Assembly (NCBI GenBank): GCA_019637395.1
Contig: JAHBVR010000002.1
Span: 69,495 to 133,494 of the forward strand
Direction of reading: 5' to 3'
DNA length: 64,000 nt
From: Vulcanimicrobiota bacterium
GTDB taxonomy: Bacteria > Vulcanimicrobiota > Xenobia > Xenobiales > JADMJV01
Shown: in pieces, positions 56,090 to 64,000 of the stretch
How positions within the stretch are numbered: position 1 is the first letter of the stretch
Layout of the letters: each line of letters starts with the position of its first letter
The notes under the pieces: generated by a model
Told to the model about the DNA's origin: nothing
The model's input: the letters and a program-made list of their open reading frames with translations, nothing else
The model's database searches: none
Translations under genes and position numbers: made by a program

Positions 56090-58258
56090 ATGAAGTCCAA
56101 GGGTGCCCGCCAGCGGAAGCCCCCATCTCGGGGGAAACGTTGGTTCTTTACCTTTCTTAAGGTCATGGCGGCCAGCAGCCTGGTCTTCGTGCCTCTAGGC
56201 CTGGGGGCAGGCTACGCCGTGGTGACCCAGTTGACTAAAGACCTGCCCGACGTGGAAGGTCTGGCCAGCTACGAGGCTCCTCAGACCACGCGCATTTTCT
56301 CCAAGGACGGTCAGGTGGTGGCCACCCTCTTCGTGGAGAATCGCACCACCGTTCCTCTGGACCGAATGTCGCCCTACCTGCCCAAAGCGCTGCTGGCCGT
56401 GGAAGATTCGCGCTTCATGCAGCATCACGGCGTGGACTGGGTGGGCGTGGGGCGCGCCGCCCTGGCCAATGTGTTTTTCCGCGGCATCGACCAGGGTGCC
56501 AGTACGCTGACCATGCAGTTGGCGCGCAATCGCTTTCTCACCCAGGACCAGACCATTGCCCGCAAGATTCGCGAGATCGTGCTGGCTCAACGGATCGAGA
56601 AACGCTTTTCCAAAGAGAAGATCCTTGAGTATTACCTGAACAACGTTTATTTCGGCAGCGGCGCCTATGGGGTGGCTGCCGCCAGCAGCCTGTATTTCGG
56701 CAAACCGGCTCAGCAGTTGAGCATTGCCCAGTCGGCTCTGATTGCCGGGCTGGTCCAGGCGCCGTCCTCGCTCTCGCCGTTGGTGGACGCCCAGGCGGCG
56801 GTGAAGCGCATGAAAATCGTGCTGGCGCGTATGAAGCAAACGCACATCATCGATCAGAAGCAGTATGATCAGGCCGTACGCGAAGGCGAAGGCTTCAAGT
56901 TCAGCGGCGGACCGATGGTCAACTCCGGATCCGATCAGCTACTCAAGTATCCCTATTTTACCACCTACGTCATCGCGGAGTTGTCGGACCGTTACCCGGA
57001 AGATATGCTCTATCGAGCCGGGCTGCAGGTGCGCACCACCTTGGACATCGAGCTGCAGCGGATGGCCGAGGATGAACTGGCTTACGCTTTGGACGAATTG
57101 GGCGCCAATCTGAACGCCGGGAACGCCGCCCTGGTTTTGATCGAGAACTCCACCGGTTACGTACGCGCCATGGTCGGCGGCCGGCGCTGGTCGCAGGAAA
57201 ATCAGTTCAACCGGGCCTGGCAGGCGGTGCGCCAACCGGGCAGTAGCTTTAAACCTTTTGTTTATACGGCCGCCCTGCTCCAGGGCATGACCCCGGAGAG
57301 CGCGGTGGAGGACAATCCCGTCAACTACGGGGGCTGGTCGCCCAAAAACAGCGATGGCAAGTTCAAGGGCCGTATGCCCATGCGCCAGGCCCTGCAGGAA
57401 TCGCGCAACGCGGTGGCCGCCTGGCTGATCAATAGGGTCGGCTCGGATCGTGTGGTGGAAGTGGCTCACGCGCTGGGCATCCACGAGCAGTTGACCTCCA
57501 ATTTGACCCTGGCCCTGGGCTCCTGCGAAGTAGCCCCAATCTCCATGGCCAGCGCTTACTCGACCCTGGCCAGCGGAGGGGTCTATCACCCGCCCCTGTC
57601 GGTGACCCAGGTCGTCGACCACGGCGGGGAGATCCTCACCGACAATCGCAACCATCCGGGCAAACGAATGCTGCCCGCCGACATCGCTTCCCAGATGATC
57701 GAAATGATGATGGGCGTCGTTCTTTACGGCACGGGCACGGCCGCTTACATCGACGGTGTGGACGTGGCCGGCAAAACCGGCACCACCGACGATTCGCGCG
57801 ATGCCTGGTTTGTCGGCTTCACCCCCGAGTATACGCTGGCCGTCTGGGTCGGCAATGACGATCACTCGGCCATGTATGATGTTTTTGGAGGCGGTCTGCC
57901 GGCCACCATCTGGCGGCGCGTCATGGGCCACGTGGTGGCCCGCGGCATTGCGCAGCCGCGCTTCGCCTTCGAAGCCAGCCAGGCGCAACGCGTCAAGATC
58001 TGCCGGGAGAGCGGCTTCTTAGCCACGGCCGGTTGCCCCAAGACCCGCGAGCTTCAAGTGTTCTCCGGACCGGTGCCTAAGACGGTTTGCTCCCTGCATG
58101 CCGCACCGACTCCGACTCCCACTCCCACTCCCACGCCGGAAGTGGAGGAAACTCCGGCCGAAACGCCCCTTCCGGAGGAAACCCCGCTGGGGGAAACGCC
58201 CTTGCCGGTTCCCCCTGAGGAGCAACCTCTCGAACCGTTGATGACGCCCGTCCCATAA
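56090..58258 (+). CDS. mrcA: Class A penicillin-binding protein 1A (glycosyltransferase plus transpeptidase) with a C-terminal (TP)n/Pro-Glu low-complexity tail
   Basis: GT51 motifs (EDSRFMQHHGVDW, GASTLTMQLARN), transpeptidase SXXK (GSSFKPF), SXN, KTGT. Confidence 0.85.
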   Translation: MKSKGARQRKPPSRGKRWFFTFLKVMAASSLVFVPLGLGAGYAVVTQLTKDLPDVEGLASYEAPQTTRIFSKDGQVVATLFVENRTTVPLDRMSPYLPKALLAVEDSRFMQHHGVDWVGVGRAALANVFFRGIDQGASTLTMQLARNRFLTQDQTIARKIREIVLAQRIEKRFSKEKILEYYLNNVYFGSGAYGVAAASSLYFGKPAQQLSIAQSALIAGLVQAPSSLSPLVDAQAAVKRMKIVLARMKQTHIIDQKQYDQAVREGEGFKFSGGPMVNSGSDQLLKYPYFTTYVIAELSDRYPEDMLYRAGLQVRTTLDIELQRMAEDELAYALDELGANLNAGNAALVLIENSTGYVRAMVGGRRWSQENQFNRAWQAVRQPGSSFKPFVYTAALLQGMTPESAVEDNPVNYGGWSPKNSDGKFKGRMPMRQALQESRNAVAAWLINRVGSDRVVEVAHALGIHEQLTSNLTLALGSCEVAPISMASAYSTLASGGVYHPPLSVTQVVDHGGEILTDNRNHPGKRMLPADIASQMIEMMMGVVLYGTGTAAYIDGVDVAGKTGTTDDSRDAWFVGFTPEYTLAVWVGNDDHSAMYDVFGGGLPATIWRRVMGHVVARGIAQPRFAFEASQAQRVKICRESGFLATAGCPKTRELQVFSGPVPKTVCSLHAAPTPTPTPTPTPEVEETPAETPLPEETPLGETPLPVPPEEQPLEPLMTPVP

Positions 58259-58333
58259 AGTAAAGGATTGCTCCTTTCGGCCGACGAAAAAAATTCTATA
58301 GCCTCCCCATGGGGGATTTTCGAGGAGTTGTTC

Positions 58334-58909
58334 GTGTTAACGCTGTCCCAACTCATGGAAGACTTGAGGGGGGCGCTTCATCCCGCTCCCTCATGCAAGA
58401 AGGCCGCCTGTGACAGGGCCGCCGAGATCCTGAAGCACTATTCGAGCCACGATATCTGCCTGCCCGAGCGCCTGCGCCAGACCAACCATCCCTGCTATGC
58501 TCGCCATTTAATTCACAAACAGGATGAGGACGGATTTTGCGTGGTGGCCATGGTCTGGTCCCCCGGTCAGGGCACGCCGGTTCACGACCATGGCGGAACC
58601 TGGTGCGTGGAGGGATGCGTGGAGGGGCAGTTGGCCATCACCAGTTATCGCTTGCTGGACGGCAGTGATCCCGAGCACGTTCGTTTCGAAGAAGAAGATT
58701 ACGTGGAAGTGGGCCGCGGCTCGGTAGGGTGCCTGATTCCGCCTTTTGAGCACCACAAGATTCACAACCCCTTCAGCACCACGGCCATTACCCTGCATGT
58801 ATACGGCAGGGAACTGACCAACTGTACCCGCTTTGTGAAGAACGACGGGGAGTCGTTCCGGGTAGAGAAGGTTCCCCTGAGTTACACTTCCACGCCTGCC
58901 GTTTGCTAA
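58334..58909 (+). CDS. Cysteine-dioxygenase-type-I-like cupin protein
   Basis: GAGGAG RBS followed by an in-frame GTG at 58334. The VVAMVWSPGQGTPVHDHGGTWCV motif matches the CDO metal-binding cupin signature. Confidence 0.6.
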   Translation: MLTLSQLMEDLRGALHPAPSCKKAACDRAAEILKHYSSHDICLPERLRQTNHPCYARHLIHKQDEDGFCVVAMVWSPGQGTPVHDHGGTWCVEGCVEGQLAITSYRLLDGSDPEHVRFEEEDYVEVGRGSVGCLIPPFEHHKIHNPFSTTAITLHVYGRELTNCTRFVKNDGESFRVEKVPLSYTSTPAVC

Positions 58910-58927
58910 GAGCCGTAGAGGGGAAGA

Positions 58928-58959
58928 AAGGCCCGGGCACAAGTTGCCGGGGCCTTTTT
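58928..58959 (+). terminator. Rho-independent terminator after the cupin gene
   Basis: AAAGGCCCGG-N10-CCGGGGCCTTTTT. Confidence 0.7.
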
Positions 58960-59009
58960 CGTGCCTGAGAACGGTTTTATCTTCACTTGTTGGGAGTAAT
59001 TTTGCTTTT

Positions 59010-59363
59010 ATGTTGAAGCTCTTTTGGGTCGCGCTGGTGGCTCTGGAACACGTCTATTTCCTCTATCTGGAGATGTTTCTGTGGACCAAGCCCAAGGGAT
59101 TGAAAGTCTTCAAGCAGAGCTTGGAAAAGGCTCAGGCCAGTCAGGTATTGGCCGCCAATCAGGGCCTCTACAACGGTTTCCTGGCCGTCGGTCTGCTCTG
59201 GGGCCTGCTCCACCCGAACCCTCTCATCGGACGCCAGATTCAGCTATTCTTCCTGGGCTGTGTGGTGGTGGCCGGAGCTTTCGGAGGCGCCACGGTGGGA
59301 GTGCGCCTCTTCTTCGCGCAGGCTGTGCCCGCCCTGATCGCCCTCTACTGCTTCTTTTTTTAA
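59010..59363 (+). CDS. Small membrane protein (DUF1304-like)
   Basis: Four TM helices (MLKLFWVALVALEHVYFLYLEMFLW...). Confidence 0.5.
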   Translation: MLKLFWVALVALEHVYFLYLEMFLWTKPKGLKVFKQSLEKAQASQVLAANQGLYNGFLAVGLLWGLLHPNPLIGRQIQLFFLGCVVVAGAFGGATVGVRLFFAQAVPALIALYCFFF

Positions 59364-59366
59364 CCC

Positions 59367-59897
59367 GTGAGCGTTCACATCGGCATCGTGACCGTCTCGG
59401 ACCGAGCCTCGCAAGGAACTTACGAGGATCGGTCCGGTCCGGCCATTCGCGAGTGGTTGAAATTAGCCCTGAGCGTCCCCTGGCAAGAGCACTACCGCTT
59501 GATCCCCGATGAGCCGGCCCGCATTGAAGCAACTCTGCGGGAGTTAAGTGATGAAACCGGCTGTTGCCTGGTCGTCACCACGGGCGGCACCGGTCCTGCC
59601 CGGCGAGATGTCACTCCCGAGGCAACCGAGGCCGTTTGCGCCAAGATGCTGCCTGGTTTCGGCGAACTCATGCGTCAGGTGTCGCTTCACTCCGTTCCCA
59701 CCGCCATTCTGTCTCGTCAGACGGCCGGAATTCGCGAACGTACCCTGATCCTCAACCTGCCAGGTAAGCCGGCCGCTATCGCTGAGTGCCTGAGCGCGGT
59801 CTTTCCGGCTGTGCCCTATTGTATCGATTTGATCGAGGGTCCCCGTTTGGAAACGGATCCCGATTTCGTGAAGGCCTTCCGGCCGAAGGCAGGCTAA
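59367..59897 (+). CDS. mogA: Molybdopterin adenylyltransferase MogA/MoaB family
   Basis: IGIVTVSDRAS...GGTGPARRDVTPEA...LPGKPAA motifs. Confidence 0.8.
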   Translation: MSVHIGIVTVSDRASQGTYEDRSGPAIREWLKLALSVPWQEHYRLIPDEPARIEATLRELSDETGCCLVVTTGGTGPARRDVTPEATEAVCAKMLPGFGELMRQVSLHSVPTAILSRQTAGIRERTLILNLPGKPAAIAECLSAVFPAVPYCIDLIEGPRLETDPDFVKAFRPKAG

Positions 59898-59916
59898 GTC
59901 TCTGGTCGGTACTGGG

Positions 59917-60663
59917 CTATGGTTGTCCTCGCCGTCCCGTGAGACTCTCGTTGACCGCGTTGACCCCGGTGTCCTGATAGAGCCGATTGCGGATGGCCGT
60001 GTCGGAATTCTCGCCGAAGGGGATGTGTTCGACGCGAAGGTAGGATGAATCGGAATCGATCGAATCGGGCAGGGGAGTCTCCCAGGTATGCCAGCCGTCC
60101 CCGCATTCGAACAGCTTGCCGTTCAAAGTCTTTTGCAGCTTGTAAGTAGGACGCCGGCCGCTGTCCTTGCTGGAAATGGGAATGACCCCCTTAACCGTGG
60201 TCTTGTTGACGGTATAGATGCCGGCGTAGTCCACCAGCACTAACCTGGACCGGCCCTTGACGTTGTAGATCCAATCGCCGCCCGAGGAGTTCAGGGTCAC
60301 CGTCTCCACCGGAGCGCCGTTCTTGGTTTTTGCCTCCAACCGCCACACGGATTGGCGCCAGAATCCCTGAGTTTCCAGCGCCAGTTCCGCGTGCCCACCT
60401 CGGGGGACTTCTTGCTGTTGCTTTCCTACCTGCACTACGATAGTTTTGGAATTGGTATCGTTGACGATATGGAGACGAGGCCCACCGTAAAATAAACTGG
60501 AAACGAAACCGATCAACAACAGCACATAGAGGCCGCCACAACCGAGGGTCGTGGTGCATCCCGCGGGCGGATCGTTGGGGTCCGCATGCCGCATCAGTTT
60601 GGCCGGGATGACCAGCCCGAGGGCTATGAGAGTGAGGCACAAAAGCAATTTCAACATGGACAT
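59917..60663 (-). CDS. Hypothetical membrane-anchored protein (two N-terminal TM helices plus extracytoplasmic beta-rich domain)
   Basis: ORF with coding-like composition; locally lower GC; no recognised family. Confidence 0.45.
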   Translation of the reverse strand: MSMLKLLLCLTLIALGLVIPAKLMRHADPNDPPAGCTTTLGCGGLYVLLLIGFVSSLFYGGPRLHIVNDTNSKTIVVQVGKQQQEVPRGGHAELALETQGFWRQSVWRLEAKTKNGAPVETVTLNSSGGDWIYNVKGRSRLVLVDYAGIYTVNKTTVKGVIPISSKDSGRRPTYKLQKTLNGKLFECGDGWHTWETPLPDSIDSDSSYLRVEHIPFGENSDTAIRNRLYQDTGVNAVNESLTGRRGQP

Positions 60664-60684
60664 TGCCGGAGCAGATTTCGACGC

Positions 60685-61497
60685 TCAACTCGGATCTCCG
60701 GCCTGTTTGGGCCGTCGGCGTAGCGTCCTTCCCCCGGAGCGGTGGGCGGACTTCTTGCGCGCAAACCTGGGCAGATGCTCCAGCAACCAGATCAGGTCGC
60801 CCAGGGATTGTGCCGTCAGGCCCTCCGGTTGGCGCGTCAGAATCCAGGGATACTCGTTAGCAAAAAAATCGATTCGAGTCGCCTCCAACAGTTCCAGGTC
60901 AACGGCCGCCACAAAGGCGGGAGTTCCGTAACTCATGCCCAGGCAGAAATTCCCCTCAAGGTCCTTGAGGCCAAAGCCGGGCTCCCCCTGTGGGTCAAAA
61001 AATACCTCGTAAGCATTGCCCTGATCGTTCTGGAAACGGATGGCTTGCAGGCGGCCAGACCGCAAACTGTCTCCGCCCAGATAGTCCCAGGCGTTACGAT
61101 AGAATTGTAATGCCAGCTCCGCTCCGAAGAGCTCAAGCAGACAGTAGTCATCGGTCGTGCGCTGCTCACGAGTTTTCTCTTCGATTTCCTGGAAGAAGCG
61201 ATGCAAATGGGGAGGCCGGGCCTCGAATTTGACCAGGTAGTTCGGCAGCAGCAGGCGGAAGACGGGAGACCAGGCCAGTTTGTCCAGCCACAGCTCGCCT
61301 CTCTCTTTGGGCAGGAGTTCGGCCACCCAGGCGGCCAGGTCCATCACATGTACGGGCTCGTCCGTCATGTTGGCGATCACTTTCTCCCCGGTCGATTCGT
61401 TCATGACGACCTGGAGGTGGGGCCGGCCGGGCATTCCCTTCTCGTTGTTGCCCGCGAATGGGGACCAGCGTTGAGTCAAACTATAGATATTCGACAT
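60685..61497 (-). CDS. Hypothetical cytoplasmic protein
   Basis: Start taken at the internal Met (MSNIYSLTQ...). 22 bp upstream of the gene above on the same strand. Confidence 0.45.
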   Translation of the reverse strand: MSNIYSLTQRWSPFAGNNEKGMPGRPHLQVVMNESTGEKVIANMTDEPVHVMDLAAWVAELLPKERGELWLDKLAWSPVFRLLLPNYLVKFEARPPHLHRFFQEIEEKTREQRTTDDYCLLELFGAELALQFYRNAWDYLGGDSLRSGRLQAIRFQNDQGNAYEVFFDPQGEPGFGLKDLEGNFCLGMSYGTPAFVAAVDLELLEATRIDFFANEYPWILTRQPEGLTAQSLGDLIWLLEHLPRFARKKSAHRSGGRTLRRRPKQAGDPS

Positions 61498-61644
61498 GGT
61501 TGTGGGTCCTCTCTGTGTGGTGTGAGGACCCGAGCCTAAGCGAACCTGGCGCTCCGGTGTTGAACTGGCCATGTCCGTTCTATGTCATTTGTTATTGGTC
61601 AGCCCCGGCGTTCGAGGCTTCGCTCCGAAGAAATAAGTGGGCGG

Positions 61645-62358
61645 CTAGCCTAGAGCCGCCAGAGCCTGGCGGAGCTGCTGCTCCACGCTGCTGAGTCCGT
61701 TTTCCGAGCGCTGCTCGTAGCTGTTGGCGGTGCGCAGATTGCCACTGCAGTCGCGGGTCTGCCATTGAGCCTGGTCGACCTCGCGGCTGGCCTGGCGGGC
61801 ATCGCTGCTGACGTTCTGGCCAGGACGGTCGTAACTGACGTTGCGGGCGCTCATTTCGGCCCAGCGCAGGTTGTTCAGGCTTTGCCGGGTTTTGTTATCA
61901 GCCCAATGGCCCTCGTTGTCGGCCCGGTTGTGGTCTTGGGCGGCGCCGTCCAGACTGGTGCTGGCCTGACGCAGGCTGGCCTGGCTGGAGGGATAGGCGT
62001 TACTATCGTTGATAATGGCGGCCAGATCGCTTTTCGCTTTGGCGAAATCGCCGCTGGCTCCGCGCGAGTCGCCGTCGATTCCTATGAATTCGCGCTGGTT
62101 GCGTTCCAGGTCGCGTTGGGAGGAATTGATGTACTGCACGGCCTGGCGCCCGTCGAAGGACGAGTCGATCTGGGCCGTGTCCGATTCCGCTCGGCGCAAA
62201 GGCCACAAAGCGTTCTGCAGTTCGCGCTCGGTGTCCTGAGAAAGATAGGCACAATCCTGGTAGTCACGCTCCAGGCCTTGAACTTTGCCTTTCAAATGAC
62301 CGACGTCGGCCAGCAACTGTTCAATGCGCGGCCGGGGGGAATTCGTGATTGTAATCAT
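61645..62358 (-). CDS. Hypothetical hydrophilic protein (237 aa) with degenerate Asp/Ser/Arg/Gln-rich internal repeats
   Basis: ATG (rc of 62356-62358) preceded by a strong GAGGAG RBS. The longer ORF-track version (to 62964) is produced by open frames in the upstream tandem repeat. Confidence 0.5.
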   Translation of the reverse strand: MITITNSPRPRIEQLLADVGHLKGKVQGLERDYQDCAYLSQDTERELQNALWPLRRAESDTAQIDSSFDGRQAVQYINSSQRDLERNQREFIGIDGDSRGASGDFAKAKSDLAAIINDSNAYPSSQASLRQASTSLDGAAQDHNRADNEGHWADNKTRQSLNNLRWAEMSARNVSYDRPGQNVSSDARQASREVDQAQWQTRDCSGNLRTANSYEQRSENGLSSVEQQLRQALAALG

Positions 62359-62485
62359 CTTTTCGCTCCTCTGACTGCTTGAGCATAGCCCGGCCAGGCC
62401 CGGCGATCCGCTCGCCGGAGTAAACTTTTCAACGACTGCCCGGCATACTTTGCCGGTTCCCGGGTTTGCGTTGAGGGCCGAGCCG

Positions 62486-62966
62486 GGGTTAGCAACGCTT
62501 GCCAAATTTCCGGCAACGGCCGCCGCCTCGCGCCGGGGTTGCCACTTTCCTGGCAACTCTTGCCAAATTTCCGGCAACAGCCACCGTCTCGCGCCGGGGT
62601 TGCCACTTCCTTGGCAACGCTTGCCACATTTCCGGCAACAGCCACCGTCTCGCGCCGGGGTTGCCACTTCCTTGGCAACGCTTGCCAAATTTCCGACAAC
62701 GGCCGCCGCCCGGCGCCGGGGCTTGCCACTTTCCTGGCAATTCTTGCCAAATTTCCGACAACGGCCGCCGCCTGAGGCCGGGGTTGCCACTTTCTTGGCA
62801 ACTCTTGCCAAATTTCCGGCAACGGCCGCCACCCGGCGCCGGGGGTTGCCACTTTTCTGGCAACTCTTGCCAAATTTCCGACAACGGCCGCCGCCTGAGG
62901 CCGGGGTTGCCACTTTCTTGGCAACGCTTGCCAAGTTTCCGGCAACTGTCGCCCGGGCCGGCACTT
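62486..62966. repeat. Tandem array of about 7.5 units of a 61-bp repeat, each unit containing two TTGCC-N8-GGCAA palindromes centred 21 bp apart
   Basis: Units such as GGTTGCCACTTTCCTGGCAACTCTTGCCAAATTTCCGGCAACAGCCACCGTCTCGCGCCGG repeat head-to-tail. Half-sites are conserved while N8 spacers vary. All six frames are open across the array. Confidence 0.85.
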
Positions 62967-62987
62967 TGCCGGCCTCCCGGGGATCGG

Positions 62988-64000
62988 CTAATAGCTGAAG
63001 AAGTCGCGGATCTTGGCGAGGATTTGTTTGCTGAGCACGTGCAGTCCCTCGCCGGCGGCTGTGACCGGGCCGCGGCTGCTGCGCTCTTCCTGCGCTTCCT
63101 GGCGCGCCTGGTCGGTTTTTAGTTTGCGTTCGGCCAGCACTTCCGAAATCATCTCCTCGGCCTGGTGATTGGAGTTGAAGATGGCGCGCAGATCTTCCTT
63201 GCGCAGACGCAGCAGTTCAGCATCGGTCAGAGCCGTCACCGTGGCCGAGCGGGGTTCGCCGGTAAGCAGGGCCATTTCACCGAAATACTGGCCGGCCCGC
63301 ATCTCGGCCGAGAGGAACTGCTCGCCGTCCTGGTCCACAGCCGTTACCTGCAGACGACCGCGGCGGATGATGTAGAAAGTGTCGCCGGGTTGACCCTGGA
63401 CGCAGATTTTTTCGCCGGCGGCATAGATCTCGTAACGGGCCCGCCGGCGCAGGCCGGCCAGCGTTTCTTCGTCGAGGACCTGGAAGAAGTCGACGGAATC
63501 GATGAGGCTGCGCATTTCCCGTTCCACGTCCACCCCCGCTTCGGGAGCGGCGTGGTAGATGGTGCGGATGGGGAACGGAATTTCCACTCCTTCGCGATGG
63601 AAGTGATACCAGATGGCTTCGCGCACCTTGGAGTCGATGCGGTAGCGCTCTGAGAAGTCGTGGACAAAGAAGCGCAGCCGGTAGGTGATGGCCGAGTCGG
63701 CGAAATTGAGCACGTAGACTTCCGGTTCGGGTTCTCGCAGAGCCTCGCGCACCGAGGCGCACGATTCCAGTAAAAGTTTCTTGACCTGGTTGGGAGGATG
63801 GCGATAGTGCACGCCCACTTCGATGAAGCGGCCTGTCACCGAGGTCGGACTGCTGTGATTGATAATGGTTTCCTGGGCCAGTTTGGAGTTGGGCAGGATG
63901 AGTAAATCGCCTTGATTGTTCATCATGGCGGTGGAGCGCCAATCGATTTTATGAACGCTGCCGGTCAGGGGCCCGACTTCGATGCGGTCTCCCAGGGTAT
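62988..64000 (-). CDS. MscS-family mechanosensitive channel with a C-terminal cyclic-nucleotide-binding domain (N-terminus beyond window)
   Basis: The frame continues to the window edge (GDRIEVGPLTGSVHKIDWRSTAMMNNQGDLLILPNSKL, the MscS beta-domain motif). C-terminal cNMP-binding motifs FGEMALLTGEPRSATV and RRG. Confidence 0.75.
   Translation of the reverse strand, partial: TLGDRIEVGPLTGSVHKIDWRSTAMMNNQGDLLILPNSKLAQETIINHSSPTSVTGRFIEVGVHYRHPPNQVKKLLLESCASVREALREPEPEVYVLNFADSAITYRLRFFVHDFSERYRIDSKVREAIWYHFHREGVEIPFPIRTIYHAAPEAGVDVEREMRSLIDSVDFFQVLDEETLAGLRRRARYEIYAAGEKICVQGQPGDTFYIIRRGRLQVTAVDQDGEQFLSAEMRAGQYFGEMALLTGEPRSATVTALTDAELLRLRKEDLRAIFNSNHQAEEMISEVLAERKLKTDQARQEAQEERSSRGPVTAAGEGLHVLSKQILAKIRDFFSY

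Noticed and set aside
53965-57988. Minus-strand ORFs 53965-55503 and 56939-57988
   Set aside because: Antisense to mutS2 and mrcA respectively. Both sense genes have unambiguous motifs.
61645-62964. 439-aa ORF (and plus-strand ORFs 62450-63122, 62499-63122) reading through the tandem repeat as a repetitive protein
   Set aside because: All six frames are open across the array, which is expected for a stop-free GC-rich repeat. A strong GAGGAG RBS plus ATG at 62358 marks the real gene start downstream of the array, so the N-terminal 200 aa are an artefact.
62486-62966. CRISPR array interpretation of the 61-bp tandem repeats
   Set aside because: The would-be spacers (about 20 bp: GGCCGCCGCCTCGCGCCGG, AGCCACCGTCTCGCGCCGG, GGCCGCCGCCTGAGGCCGG and so on) are near-identical to each other, not unique. 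The period and internal double-palindrome structure are wrong for CRISPR, and there is no leader or cas gene.
62486-62966. Sigma-54 promoter(s) in the repeat units (TGGCAAC-TC-TTGCC resembles TGGCAC-N5-TTGCW)
   Set aside because: The GG to GC distance is 10 nt; sigma-54 requires 12 nt. The resemblance is a by-product of the palindromes.

Overview
This 64 kb window is a high-GC (about 65%) bacterial chromosomal segment, densely coded on both strands with roughly 65 protein genes. No rRNA, tRNA, CRISPR array, transposase or integrase is recognisable.

Recognisable housekeeping genes:
- The t6A operon tsaE-tsaB-rimI-tsaD, with 4-bp start/stop overlaps, running directly into an FAD-linked oxidase.
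- ftsY overlapping mutS2, followed by PBP1A (mrcA).
- mogA, a Tat-exported Fe/Mn superoxide dismutase, HU, a TrmJ-like SpoU methyltransferase and a Dam-type GATC N6-adenine methyltransferase.

Transport and metabolism:
- A glucose/N-acetylglucosamine-family PTS made of an EIIA(Glc)-HPr-EI multiphosphoryl-transfer fusion plus an EIICB permease.
- potA-potD-potB-potC polyamine ABC transporter, glgX debranching enzyme and an MFS transporter.
- An Amidase_3 plus YddW-like glycoside-hydrolase-like pair.

Signalling genes:
- A KdpE-like OmpR-family response regulator.
- A hybrid histidine kinase with a receiver domain.
- A REC-PAS protein with an RsbW/SpoIIAB-like serine-kinase ATPase domain.
- A partial MscS channel with a C-terminal cNMP-binding domain.

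The locus is unusually rich in eukaryote-like repeat proteins:
- A secreted ankyrin protein translationally coupled to a squalene/phytoene-synthase-family gene.
- A TM-TPR-ankyrin protein.
- A 2411-aa TPR giant with an acidic Pro/Glu/Val/Ala linker.

Three kinds of non-coding repeat stand out:
- A dispersed palindromic REP-like element at three loci, one of them tandemly duplicated.
- Seven and a half tandem 61-bp units upstream of a hypothetical gene, each carrying two TTGCC-N8-GGCAA palindromes 21 bp apart.
- Several clear intrinsic terminators.

Other notable genes are a prepilin-leader beta-propeller protein co-transcribed with a DHH phosphoesterase and an SDR, and a Q-rich low-complexity protein.

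All calls were made by eye from translations and motifs; no database searches were run. I could not identify a single defined novel multi-gene system. The most unusual item is the structured 61-bp array.
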